Of a stretch of DNA of 64,000 nucleotides, positions 28,737-37,297 are shown piece by piece. Source of the stretch: an uncultured Gemmatimonadota bacterium (lineage in GTDB: Bacteria; ARS69); the NCBI GenBank assembly GCA_964471155.1, contig CAYYFX010000006.1:3679-67678 (forward strand), given 5' to 3'. A model generated the notes under the pieces. It was not told where the DNA came from. It made no database searches and was given only the letters and a program-made list of their open reading frames with translations. The position numbers and the translations under genes are program-made. How positions within the stretch are numbered: position 1 is the stretch's first letter; the number at the start of each line of letters is the position of its first letter.

Positions 28737-29963
28737 ATGAACCTTCCTCGACGGGGCGGCCGGCGGTCAAGGGCGGGCTGGGGGACGGCAGCGATCCTGG
28801 CCGGCGCCGTCGTCTGGCCGGCGCTGGCGGCGGCGCCGGCGTCCGCGGTGGACTGGCCGTGGGAAACGGACGACTACGACTGGCCCGACGGCTCGGACCT
28901 CCCGGTGGAGCCGCTGGACCGGCCGACCGCGGAGGCCGCGGTGGCGGAGGCCGTGGCCGCCGAGGGGCTCTTCCGCTTCGCGGTGTTCGGCGACCAGCGC
29001 GCCCTGGCGGACGGCGAGTGGCAGGAGCTGATGCGCCGCATCGTGGAGTGGGAGCGCGACCACGGCGACCTGGCGTTCGTCCTCGACACGGGCGACATCG
29101 TGAACGACGGCCGCCACACCAACCAGTTCCACCGGCTCACGACCGAGATCCTCTCGATCGCGCCGGAGCTGCCGTACCTGGTGGGCGTGGGCAACCACGA
29201 GGTGCACAACAACGAGGATCCGGCCGCGCGCGCGAACACCGCCGCGTACCTGCGCGCGCTGGACCCGCGGTTCTCCGCCGAGCGCATGTACTACCGCAAG
29301 GATCTCGGCGGCGCGACCTTCCTGTTCCTGGACACGAACGACCTCGTGTACGGCGACGCCGGCGAGCGCGGCGCGTGCCCGCCGGAACCGGAGCCGGGAT
29401 CGCGCGCCGCGGCGCAGGTGGACTGGCTGGCCGCGCAGCTCGCGGAGACCCGCGCCGCCGGGCCGCGGCTCGTGATCGCGGTGCTGCACCATCCCTTCGT
29501 GCAGTCCTCGGCGAAGCACCGCGCGTCCGCGGCCTCGCTGTGGAACCTGCGCGTGGACGGGACGCCCTTCGTGGACCTGCTCGTGGACGGCGGCGTGGAC
29601 GTGGTGCTGACCGGTCACACGCACACGTACGAGCGCTTCCACCTCCACCGCGAGGACGGCGCGCGCCTGGACGTGATCAACCTCTCGGGACGGCCGCGGG
29701 GGTCCGCGTTCGGGCTCGGCGCGGGACTGCGGCGGTCGAAGGACATCCGCGGCGAGGAACGCGTGCGGCTCGCCGACCGGGGCTGGCAGGGGCTGGAGCC
29801 GTGGACCATCACGCAGGAGGAGTGGCTGCCGAAGGACGAGGAGGCCGATCAGTTCGCCGTGTTCACCGTGGAGCCGGGCGGCGGGTTGACGATGGAGGTG
29901 CGTTTCCTCGACCCGGGCGCCGCGGCCGGAACGACCGGCGGACCGGCGGTGCGGTTGCGATAG
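28737..29963 (+). CDS. Secreted calcineurin-like metallophosphoesterase
   Basis: ATG 4 nt after GGAGGAG. Signal peptide. Phosphoesterase motifs: FGDQR...LDTGDIVNDG, GNHE, VLHHP, GHTHTYERF. Confidence 0.8.
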   Translation: MNLPRRGGRRSRAGWGTAAILAGAVVWPALAAAPASAVDWPWETDDYDWPDGSDLPVEPLDRPTAEAAVAEAVAAEGLFRFAVFGDQRALADGEWQELMRRIVEWERDHGDLAFVLDTGDIVNDGRHTNQFHRLTTEILSIAPELPYLVGVGNHEVHNNEDPAARANTAAYLRALDPRFSAERMYYRKDLGGATFLFLDTNDLVYGDAGERGACPPEPEPGSRAAAQVDWLAAQLAETRAAGPRLVIAVLHHPFVQSSAKHRASAASLWNLRVDGTPFVDLLVDGGVDVVLTGHTHTYERFHLHREDGARLDVINLSGRPRGSAFGLGAGLRRSKDIRGEERVRLADRGWQGLEPWTITQEEWLPKDEEADQFAVFTVEPGGGLTMEVRFLDPGAAAGTTGGPAVRLR

Positions 29964-29974
29964 CGGGCTCCGGC

Positions 29975-31633
29975 CTACTCGCCGTCCCTCAGGATGCCCG
30001 TGAGCCGCCAGGAGCCTCCGTCGCGCCGGTAGTGGGCCTCCGTGGGCGGCAGCGACCCCTCGCCACCCGCCGCCGTCCATCGCACCACCGCGTACTCCCG
30101 CCCCCGCACCACGTCCCCCGCCACCTCCGCCCCCGGCGCGCCCGCCTCCGTGGGTCCCGCGATCCGCCGCCCCGCGTCGTCCAGCACCTCCACGCGGTAC
30201 CGCAGCGCGGACGGTCTTCCCGCCTCCGCCAGCGCATCCCCGGCGTCCACGCGGAAGCCCTCGCCCTGCATCACCACGCGGTCCAGGCCCGTCACCGGCG
30301 TCACGCGCGTCAGCGCCCAGTCCACCGTCTTCTCCCACCGCGCCAGCAGCACGCGCGTGAGTTCCTCGTCCGCCGACGGGTCGTCGAACCGCGCCGCCGT
30401 CACCGCGGCCCGCACGTGCTCCGGCGTCAGCCGCGCCATCACCGTCCCCGCCCAGAACGCGTCCGCCGGCCGCCACGCCAGCACGGTGTCGTTCACGTAG
30501 TTCGCCTTCCACGCGGCGGGGTCGTACGCCTCCGCCTCGAACAACCCCACCAGCGGATGCCGCGGCGCGGCCAGCGTCTCGTACGGGCGGGTCAGCAACC
30601 CGAACGACGGGATGCCGGTCGCCACCTCGCCGAGATCGAAGTCGTAGGCGAAGCCGATGCGCGGCTCGAACCGCGCGGCCCAGTACCCGCCGAGGCACCC
30701 GTCGAAGTCCACGAGGTAGTGCCGCAGGAAGTGCCGGCCGTCCCCCTCCGTGTACAGGTCCAGCGAGTTGTCCTCCTTGAGATCCACGTGGTTCAGCCAC
30801 GCGCCGAACACGCGGAGCGCCCGCAGGGAGCGGCGCTGCGGGTGCGGGATCGTGTCGTTCGGGTCGTCGGCGCGCGTGCCGCGGTACGACCAGCCGCCGA
30901 TCGGCTTGCCCGGCAGGTAGCGGCTCACGAGCACGCGGTACTCGCCGGCGGCGTTGCGCGGCGCGTACTTCGCGAGCAGCGCGTCCACGGCCTCGTCCCG
31001 GATGGGCGCGCGCGTCCCGTCGTCGGCCTTGTCGGTGGCGCCCTCGGCCACCGTGAGCTGCTCGCGCGCGAAGTACACCACGCGGTCATCCGGCACGTGG
31101 TATCCGAGCGCCCAGAACAGCCGCGCCGCCACCGCGTCCGCCGCGGTGGCCACCACCGGCGCGTACGGCTTGTCGAACTTGCAGATGTACCGCACGCCGC
31201 GCGCGTCCTCGATGACGAGGCCGGGGTTGCGCCCGCCGCTCTTCATGCCGGTGATCTGCCAGGGGCGGAATGCCTCCGGCCCGGGATCCTCCCCGCCCGC
31301 GCCGGCTGCCACCTGCGCGGGGGTCGGCGTGCCGCGGTCCTCGTACCAGGAGGACGACGGCACCTCGCCGAAGCGGTTCACGTCCAGCGCGGGCGGCGCC
31401 GGCACCGGATCCAGGCCCAGGCGGATCCGCTTCGGTCCGAAGTTCTCGATGTGATGCGAGAGCCGCCAGAACTCCTTCTCCGCGGGCTCGGGGATGTCCG
31501 CCGTGTCGTGCACCACATGCACGGGCTCGCCATCCACGAAGCGCACCGGCGGCGGCGCGCACGACGCCGCGCCGAGCGCCGCCACGGCGGTGGCCACGAC
31601 CGCGGCGGCGCGCACGCCCGCGCGCGCCCTCAC
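29975..31633 (-). CDS. Lipoprotein with eukaryotic-protein-kinase-like catalytic motifs (putative secreted atypical kinase)
   Basis: GTG at 31633, 5 nt after GGAGG, overlapping the Omp85 gene's stop. Lipobox ALGAASC. Motifs GVRYICKFDK (beta3 Lys?), FGAWLNHVDLKEDNSL (HxD-LK-xx-N catalytic loop) and YLVDFDGCLG (DFG-like). The 5' ~1.4 kb of track ORF 29975..33004 is a frame artefact. Confidence 0.6.
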   Translation of the reverse strand: MRARAGVRAAAVVATAVAALGAASCAPPPVRFVDGEPVHVVHDTADIPEPAEKEFWRLSHHIENFGPKRIRLGLDPVPAPPALDVNRFGEVPSSSWYEDRGTPTPAQVAAGAGGEDPGPEAFRPWQITGMKSGGRNPGLVIEDARGVRYICKFDKPYAPVVATAADAVAARLFWALGYHVPDDRVVYFAREQLTVAEGATDKADDGTRAPIRDEAVDALLAKYAPRNAAGEYRVLVSRYLPGKPIGGWSYRGTRADDPNDTIPHPQRRSLRALRVFGAWLNHVDLKEDNSLDLYTEGDGRHFLRHYLVDFDGCLGGYWAARFEPRIGFAYDFDLGEVATGIPSFGLLTRPYETLAAPRHPLVGLFEAEAYDPAAWKANYVNDTVLAWRPADAFWAGTVMARLTPEHVRAAVTAARFDDPSADEELTRVLLARWEKTVDWALTRVTPVTGLDRVVMQGEGFRVDAGDALAEAGRPSALRYRVEVLDDAGRRIAGPTEAGAPGAEVAGDVVRGREYAVVRWTAAGGEGSLPPTEAHYRRDGGSWRLTGILRDGE

Positions 31634-32940
31634 CGCACCCTCCGCGACCGGCTCTCGAACACCGTCTCCGTGCCCACGAAGAACTGGAACCCCTCCTCGC
31701 TTCGCGCCACGTGCGCCGTGAACCCGTTGTCCCCGATCACGTACGCCACGCCGAGCCCGACCGACGGCTCGATGTCCGCCAGCCGCAGCTCGTCCGCACG
31801 CGCCGCCACCGTGCCCCAGTCCGCGAACAGGCTCCCGTGCATGCGCGTGGTCACCGGGTAGTGGTACTCCGCCGTCAGCAGCATCCCCGTGCGGTCCGTG
31901 AAGCGGTCCCGCGAGTACCCGCGCATCCCGGTCTTCCCGCCGAGGCGCACGAGCTCCGTGTAGGGGATGTCCTCCGGATCGTCGGACACCACGCCCTCCG
32001 CCATCGCCCGCAGCGCGAGCCGCCGGTTCCCGCGCCACACGTTCACGTGCGTCTGCACCTCGCCCAGCCAGTGCCGGTAGTCCGCGTCGCCGCCCGAGTC
32101 CGCCACGTTCGTCCCGCCGGCGACCCGCACGAGCGATCCCCGCGTGGCGAAGGCCTCGCGGTCCCGCGAGTCCCACGCCAGCTCCGCCTCCGCGCCGTGG
32201 TAGTCGCTGGACTTCGCGCGGGCGAACTCCTCCGGGAACCCGACGGCCACGGCCTCGTCCTCCTCGTCCTCCGGCGTGGCGAGATCGTCCCGTCGCGCGT
32301 AGCCCGTGAGCGCCGCCTTCCACTCCTTCGCCGGACGCAGCGCCACGGACGCCTCCACCAAGAGCCGCCGCCGCTGCGCCTCGAAGTCCTCCTCGCCCGA
32401 CTCCGGCCCGATCCCGTGGAACAGCCGCTTCGGCTTGTTGTCCACGCGCGCGAGCGCCTCCCATTGCAATACCTTCGGCGCGCTGCGGAAATGCGCGGCG
32501 ACCAGGTTCTCGTCGTCCGAGAGGAAGCCGCCGCTGAGGCGCAGCTTCGCGCCGGGCTGCGGCCAGTCCGTGGCGGTGGCGTCCAGCCCCACGAGCGAGA
32601 ACCCGAGGTTCGTCTCGTACCCGAAGAACAGCGTGGAGCGGAACGGTCCGCGCTGGTAGCCGAAGCTCAGGAGGTCCGCGAGCCCCGACAGCACGTGCGC
32701 GCGATCCTCGGCCTCGGCCAGCTTCACCACCGGCCAGGTGGCGACGCGCAGGCCCGCCCATGGCACGAACAGCAGGCCGCGGCCCACGTACTGCAGGGCG
32801 GAGGCCTGCCGCGGGAGGGGCCGCTCCGTTCCGCGGACGGCGGCCGTCGAGTCGGGCGCGCCCTCCGCGGCCCCCGCGGGGGGCCCGGAGAGCGCGAGGA
32901 CGGCCACCACCGCGAGCGAACCTGGGCGACGCAGGAACAT
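31630..32940 (-). CDS. Omp85/D15 surface-antigen-family outer-membrane beta-barrel protein
   Basis: Signal peptide MFLRRPGSLAVVAVLALSGPPAGAA. C-terminal barrel motifs LGGKTGMRGYSRDRFTDRTGMLLTAEYHYPV...GSLFADWGTV...SVGLGVAYV...FQFFVGTETVF. Confidence 0.7.
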   Translation of the reverse strand: MFLRRPGSLAVVAVLALSGPPAGAAEGAPDSTAAVRGTERPLPRQASALQYVGRGLLFVPWAGLRVATWPVVKLAEAEDRAHVLSGLADLLSFGYQRGPFRSTLFFGYETNLGFSLVGLDATATDWPQPGAKLRLSGGFLSDDENLVAAHFRSAPKVLQWEALARVDNKPKRLFHGIGPESGEEDFEAQRRRLLVEASVALRPAKEWKAALTGYARRDDLATPEDEEDEAVAVGFPEEFARAKSSDYHGAEAELAWDSRDREAFATRGSLVRVAGGTNVADSGGDADYRHWLGEVQTHVNVWRGNRRLALRAMAEGVVSDDPEDIPYTELVRLGGKTGMRGYSRDRFTDRTGMLLTAEYHYPVTTRMHGSLFADWGTVAARADELRLADIEPSVGLGVAYVIGDNGFTAHVARSEEGFQFFVGTETVFESRSRRVR

Positions 32941-33120
32941 CGGGCACCTTCCCCGGGAAGCGGCGAGGGCGCGGATCATCGGCGGGGGTCGCGGATCGCG
33001 TCAAGGCGCCGCCGTCCGAACCTCGCGCACGTCCCGCGCATCCAAGCGACGTCGGAGCGCGTCCGCCCCGGGCGTTCCCGGGGCCTGGCGTCGTTGCTGC
33101 GCCCCCGCCCGGGAATTAGG

Positions 33121-34803
33121 ATGGCCTCCATGTCCCAGACCGAACCCCTGGAGATCGCCCGCCGGGCCCCGTCCTCGGCGTCGGCGTCGGACTCCTCCGG
33201 TCCCGCGTTCGCGCGCTTCGACCCGGAGACCCGGCGCGAGGCCGAGCGGTCCCTGTCCGTCGCGGCGCTGACCTACGCGGTCGTGTACTTCCTGGCGTAC
33301 ACCACGGGCTGGCTGCTGGACCCCGGACCCGGTCCCTCCCCCTTCCCGCCCCTGCACTCCCTGGTCGTCGCCGGGCTCTCCATCCTCGGGGCGGTCGTCG
33401 TGGGGTTCAAGGCGCGCAAGGGGATGCTCCCCCCGGTCAGCTTCGAGCCGCTCGCCGGCGCGTTCGGCGTCCTGGGATCGCTCGGGATCGCGGCCGGGTC
33501 GCACGAGTGGCGCGCCTTCATCGAGGCGGATCCGCGGATCGCCGGCATCTCCTGGATCGGCGTGTGGGTCATCGCGTATCCGAACCTGGTGACGCTCTGC
33601 CCGATGACCGTGCTCCGTGTCGGGCTCCTGTCGGCCCTGTGCATGCCGGTCATGTACGCGATCGCGGTTCCCTTCGAGGGCCTGCCGGTCGTGGACGGCC
33701 GGCCCAGCGCGGGCGCGGCGATCACGTTCCTCGCGCAGCTCACGTTCCCCATCCTGCTCTGCGCGGGCATGTCCACGTTCATGGCCATCCGCATCTTCCG
33801 CATGGCCCACGACGTCTCGCGCGCCCGCCGCCTCGGCAACTACCACCTCGTGGAGCTGCTCGGACGCGGCGGCATGGGCGAGGTGTGGCGCGCCACGCAC
33901 CGTCTCCTCGCGCGGCCGGCGGCGGTGAAGGTGATCCGGTCGAACGGCGCGGGCGGCGGATCGTCCGGCTCCGGCACGCCGGGCAGCACCATGCTCAAGC
34001 GCTTCGAGCGCGAGGCGAAGGCCACGGCGTCCCTCACCTCGCCGCACACCGTGGCGCTGTACGACTTCGGTCTCGCCCAGGACGGCGCGTTCTACTACGT
34101 GATGGAGCTGCTCGAGGGCATGGACCTGCGCACGCTCGTCGAGAGGACGGGCCCGGTGCCGTCGGCGCGCGTGGTGCACTTTCTGCGCCAGGCCTGCGCC
34201 TCGCTCGCGGATGCGCACCAGTGCGGGCTGATCCACCGGGACGTGAAGCCCGCGAACCTGTACCTCTGCCGCCGCGGTCTCCAGTACGACTTCGTGAAGG
34301 TCCTGGACTTCGGCCTCGTGAAGGGCGCCCCCGAGGGGATGGACACGGGGCAGCTCACCATGGAGGGCACCACCAGCGGCACGCCGGCCTTCATGGCGCC
34401 GGAGATGTCGCTGGCGACCGGCCCGATCGACGCGCGGGTGGACCTGTATGCGCTCGGATGCGTGGCGTACTGGCTGCTGACGGGCCGACTGGTCTTCGAG
34501 GGGCCGAACGCCCTCGCCATCCTCGTGCAGCACGCCAAGGAGGAGCCGGTCCCGCCGTCGAAGGTCGTCGAGCTCCCCGTCAACCCCGACCTCGACGCGC
34601 TCGTGATGCAGCTCCTGCGGAAGGACCCGGCGCAGCGCCCCCCCGACGCCGTGGAGCTGGACCGCCGGCTGGCCGCCATCGAGGCGAAGCACGGCGCGTG
34701 GACGCAGGAGCAGGCCGAGCGCTGGTGGCGCGCGCACCTCCCGCACCTCGCGGGCGCGGGCGCCCTCCGGACGGAGCGTCCGCTCGCCGCTGCCGCGCCG
34801 TGA
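33121..34803 (+). CDS. Membrane-anchored Ser/Thr protein kinase (N-terminal ~230-aa polytopic domain, C-terminal Hanks kinase)
   Basis: Kinase motifs: GRGGMGEVW, AVKVI, HRDVKPANLYL, VLDFGL, GTPAFMAPE. The N-terminal region has 6-7 TM helices and no soluble sensor domain. Confidence 0.85.
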   Translation: MASMSQTEPLEIARRAPSSASASDSSGPAFARFDPETRREAERSLSVAALTYAVVYFLAYTTGWLLDPGPGPSPFPPLHSLVVAGLSILGAVVVGFKARKGMLPPVSFEPLAGAFGVLGSLGIAAGSHEWRAFIEADPRIAGISWIGVWVIAYPNLVTLCPMTVLRVGLLSALCMPVMYAIAVPFEGLPVVDGRPSAGAAITFLAQLTFPILLCAGMSTFMAIRIFRMAHDVSRARRLGNYHLVELLGRGGMGEVWRATHRLLARPAAVKVIRSNGAGGGSSGSGTPGSTMLKRFEREAKATASLTSPHTVALYDFGLAQDGAFYYVMELLEGMDLRTLVERTGPVPSARVVHFLRQACASLADAHQCGLIHRDVKPANLYLCRRGLQYDFVKVLDFGLVKGAPEGMDTGQLTMEGTTSGTPAFMAPEMSLATGPIDARVDLYALGCVAYWLLTGRLVFEGPNALAILVQHAKEEPVPPSKVVELPVNPDLDALVMQLLRKDPAQRPPDAVELDRRLAAIEAKHGAWTQEQAERWWRAHLPHLAGAGALRTERPLAAAAP

Positions 34804-34807
34804 TTCC

Positions 34808-37111
34808 GTGACGGTGGATCGCTCCCGCCTCGAAGGCGCGGTCGGCGTCGCCACGCTGTGCGCCTTCCTCCTGGTCGCCAACCAGGTCGCGGCGAAGGCC
34901 GTGCGCGACGCGCTCTTCCTCTCGCACTTCGACGTCACGCTCCTGCCCCGCCTGGTGATGGCCGCGTCCGCCGTGTCCATCGTGGCCGCGCTGGCGGCCT
35001 CCCGCCTGCTCGGGCGGTTCGGACCCTCCCGGCTCCTGCCCGCCGCCTGCGCGATCAGCGCGACCGTCGTGCTCGGCCTCGCCGCGATCCAGCCCGCCCT
35101 GCCGCGCGTGACCGCGGTCGGGATCTACGTGCACATCAGCATCTTCGGCGCGGTGCTCATCTCCTGGTTCTGGTCCATGCTGAACGAAGGGCTCGATCCG
35201 AGCACGGCGCGCCGGCGCGTGGGCCGCATCGCGGGCGGCGGGACGCTGGGCGGGCTGCTGGGCGGGCTCGCCGCGGAGCGCGTGGCCAGCATGTTCTCCA
35301 CGGACGCGATGCTCCCGCTGCTCGCCGCCGCGCACGCGGCGTGCGCGCTGCTGGCCTGGCAGACCTCCAGCGTGCTGGACATCCGCCACCCCGCGTCGGC
35401 CGGCGATCCGCCCGCGCGCTCGGGGTTCCAGGTGCTCGCCGAGGTCAGGTACCTGCGCGAGCTCGGCGCGCTCGTGATGGTGGGCACCGTCGCGGCCACG
35501 CTGCTGGACTTCGTGTTCAAGGCGCGCGCCGCCGCCACCTTCGACGGCGACGAGCTGCTCCGCGCCTTCGCGCTCTTCTACTCGGCCACGAGCCTCGCCA
35601 CCTTCCTGCTGCAGTCCACGCTGACGCGGCGGCTGCTGGCCCGCGGGGTGGCGCCCACCGCGGCCTCCCTGCCGGCGATCGTGACGCTGGGCGCGGCCGG
35701 CGCGCTCATCGTGCCCGGGTTCCTGGCGGCGGGCATCGCGCGCGGCCTGGAGTCCGCGGTGCGCAGCTCCTTCTTCCGGTCCAGCTACGAACTCTTCTAC
35801 ACGCCGGTGCGCCGCGCCGACAAGCGCGCGGCGAAGACGCTCGTGGACGTGGGCTTCGACCGCCTCGGGGACGCGGTGGGCGGCGGGCTCGTGCAGGTCG
35901 TGCTGCTGGGCGGCGCCGCGCTCGGCCTGGGGACCGCGGCCGGCGGCCTGACCACGGTGGCGCTGCTCGTCCTCGCCGGGGTGCTGGGGCTCGTCGGGCT
36001 GACGCTCGCCCGGCGGCTGGACCGAGGGTACACGCGCGCGCTGGAGTCCAGCCTTCTGGATCACGGCGCCCCGGGCGCCGGCGCCACGGCCACCACGCTG
36101 CGGTCCGCGCTGGAGTCGCAGTCCGCGTTCTTCCCCACGCTCACGCAGCTCGAGCTCGGCGGCGAGGGGATGGACGTCCGGGAAGGTACGCCGCCCGACG
36201 CGATCGCCGTGGCGGACGTCGCGGCGGCGGCGGCGGCGGCCCCGTCCGCGACGCCCGCGGCGCCCGCGGTCGACGCCCCGCCGGTTCCCGAGGACCCGGT
36301 GCTGCGGCACGCCACGGAGCTGCGCTCCGGGAACGTGGACCGCGTGCGCGCCGCCCTGGCCGCGATCGGCGAACCGCCCTCCGAGCTGATCTCCATCCTG
36401 ATCCGGCTGCTGGCATGGGACGCGGTTTCAGCGGACGTGGTGGAGGTGCTGCGCCGCGCCGGCGACCGGCACGTGGGGCAGCTCGTGGACGCGCTGCTGG
36501 ATCCGGACGAGGAGTTCGCCACGCGGCGGCGCCTGGCGCGCGTGCTCGCCACGAGCTCGTCGCCGCGGGCGGTGCGCGGACTGCTCGCCGCGCTCGGCGA
36601 CGCGCGCTTCGAGGTGCGCTTCCGCGCCGCCGTGGCGCTGGCGCGATTGCACGAGCGGCGCCCGGACGTGGAGATGGATCCGCTGTCGGTGCTCGCCGCC
36701 GTGGAGCGCGAGGCGCGCGTGAACCGGCACGTGTGGGAGAGCAACCGGCTGCTGGACGAGATCGGTCGCGAGGAGTCCCCGTTCTACGACGAGATCCTGC
36801 GCACGCGCTCGTCGCGCAGCCTGGAGCACGTGTTCAACGTGCTGTCGCTCGTGTACCCGCCGCAGGCCCTGCGCATCGCGTACCGCGGTCTGCACGCGGA
36901 GGACCGCACGCTGCGCGGCACCGCGCTGGAGTACCTGGAGCAGATCCTCCCGCCCGCCGTGCGGGAGTGCCTGTGGCCGTTCCTGGACGACGACCGGGAT
37001 GTCCACGGCGCGGCCCGCGGCCTGGACGACGTGATGGACTCCCTGCTGCGCTCGCACGAGTCCATCCAGGTGGATCTGCAGCGGCTGCGGCAACGCGAGG
37101 ACTCGCGCTGA
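34808..37111 (+). CDS. TLC-family transporter-like membrane domain fused to a C-terminal HEAT/ARM repeat domain
   Basis: GTG start 5 nt after the kinase stop. N-terminal ~400 aa with at least 10 TM and the TLC motif ISWFWSMLNEGLDPSTARRRVGRIAGGGTLGGLLGG. The C-terminus has HEAT-like repeats (RAVRGLLAALGDARFEVRFRAAVALARL...). Confidence 0.75.
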   Translation: MTVDRSRLEGAVGVATLCAFLLVANQVAAKAVRDALFLSHFDVTLLPRLVMAASAVSIVAALAASRLLGRFGPSRLLPAACAISATVVLGLAAIQPALPRVTAVGIYVHISIFGAVLISWFWSMLNEGLDPSTARRRVGRIAGGGTLGGLLGGLAAERVASMFSTDAMLPLLAAAHAACALLAWQTSSVLDIRHPASAGDPPARSGFQVLAEVRYLRELGALVMVGTVAATLLDFVFKARAAATFDGDELLRAFALFYSATSLATFLLQSTLTRRLLARGVAPTAASLPAIVTLGAAGALIVPGFLAAGIARGLESAVRSSFFRSSYELFYTPVRRADKRAAKTLVDVGFDRLGDAVGGGLVQVVLLGGAALGLGTAAGGLTTVALLVLAGVLGLVGLTLARRLDRGYTRALESSLLDHGAPGAGATATTLRSALESQSAFFPTLTQLELGGEGMDVREGTPPDAIAVADVAAAAAAAPSATPAAPAVDAPPVPEDPVLRHATELRSGNVDRVRAALAAIGEPPSELISILIRLLAWDAVSADVVEVLRRAGDRHVGQLVDALLDPDEEFATRRRLARVLATSSSPRAVRGLLAALGDARFEVRFRAAVALARLHERRPDVEMDPLSVLAAVEREARVNRHVWESNRLLDEIGREESPFYDEILRTRSSRSLEHVFNVLSLVYPPQALRIAYRGLHAEDRTLRGTALEYLEQILPPAVRECLWPFLDDDRDVHGAARGLDDVMDSLLRSHESIQVDLQRLRQREDSR

Positions 37112-37121
37112 ATCGCCCGGC

Positions 37122-37135
37122 GGTCCGGCCGGACC
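37122..37135 (+). terminator. Perfect 14-nt palindrome GGTCCGGCCGGACC 11 nt after the TLC-HEAT stop; possible U-tract-less terminator hairpin
   Basis: Self-complementary sequence at 37122-37135 with no following T-run. Confidence 0.2.
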
Positions 37136-37297
37136 CCGATCAGGCCGCCGCCCGGCTCGTGCACCCGGCCAGCGCGAGCGCGGCCCCCAGGACGACTCCC
37201 ACGCGACGGGACACGCGATCTCCTCCGGGAGCGGGGAAGGCAGTATGCTTCGCGACCCGACGGGACACAAGCGGCCGCGAGGGCGGAGGGTACACGC

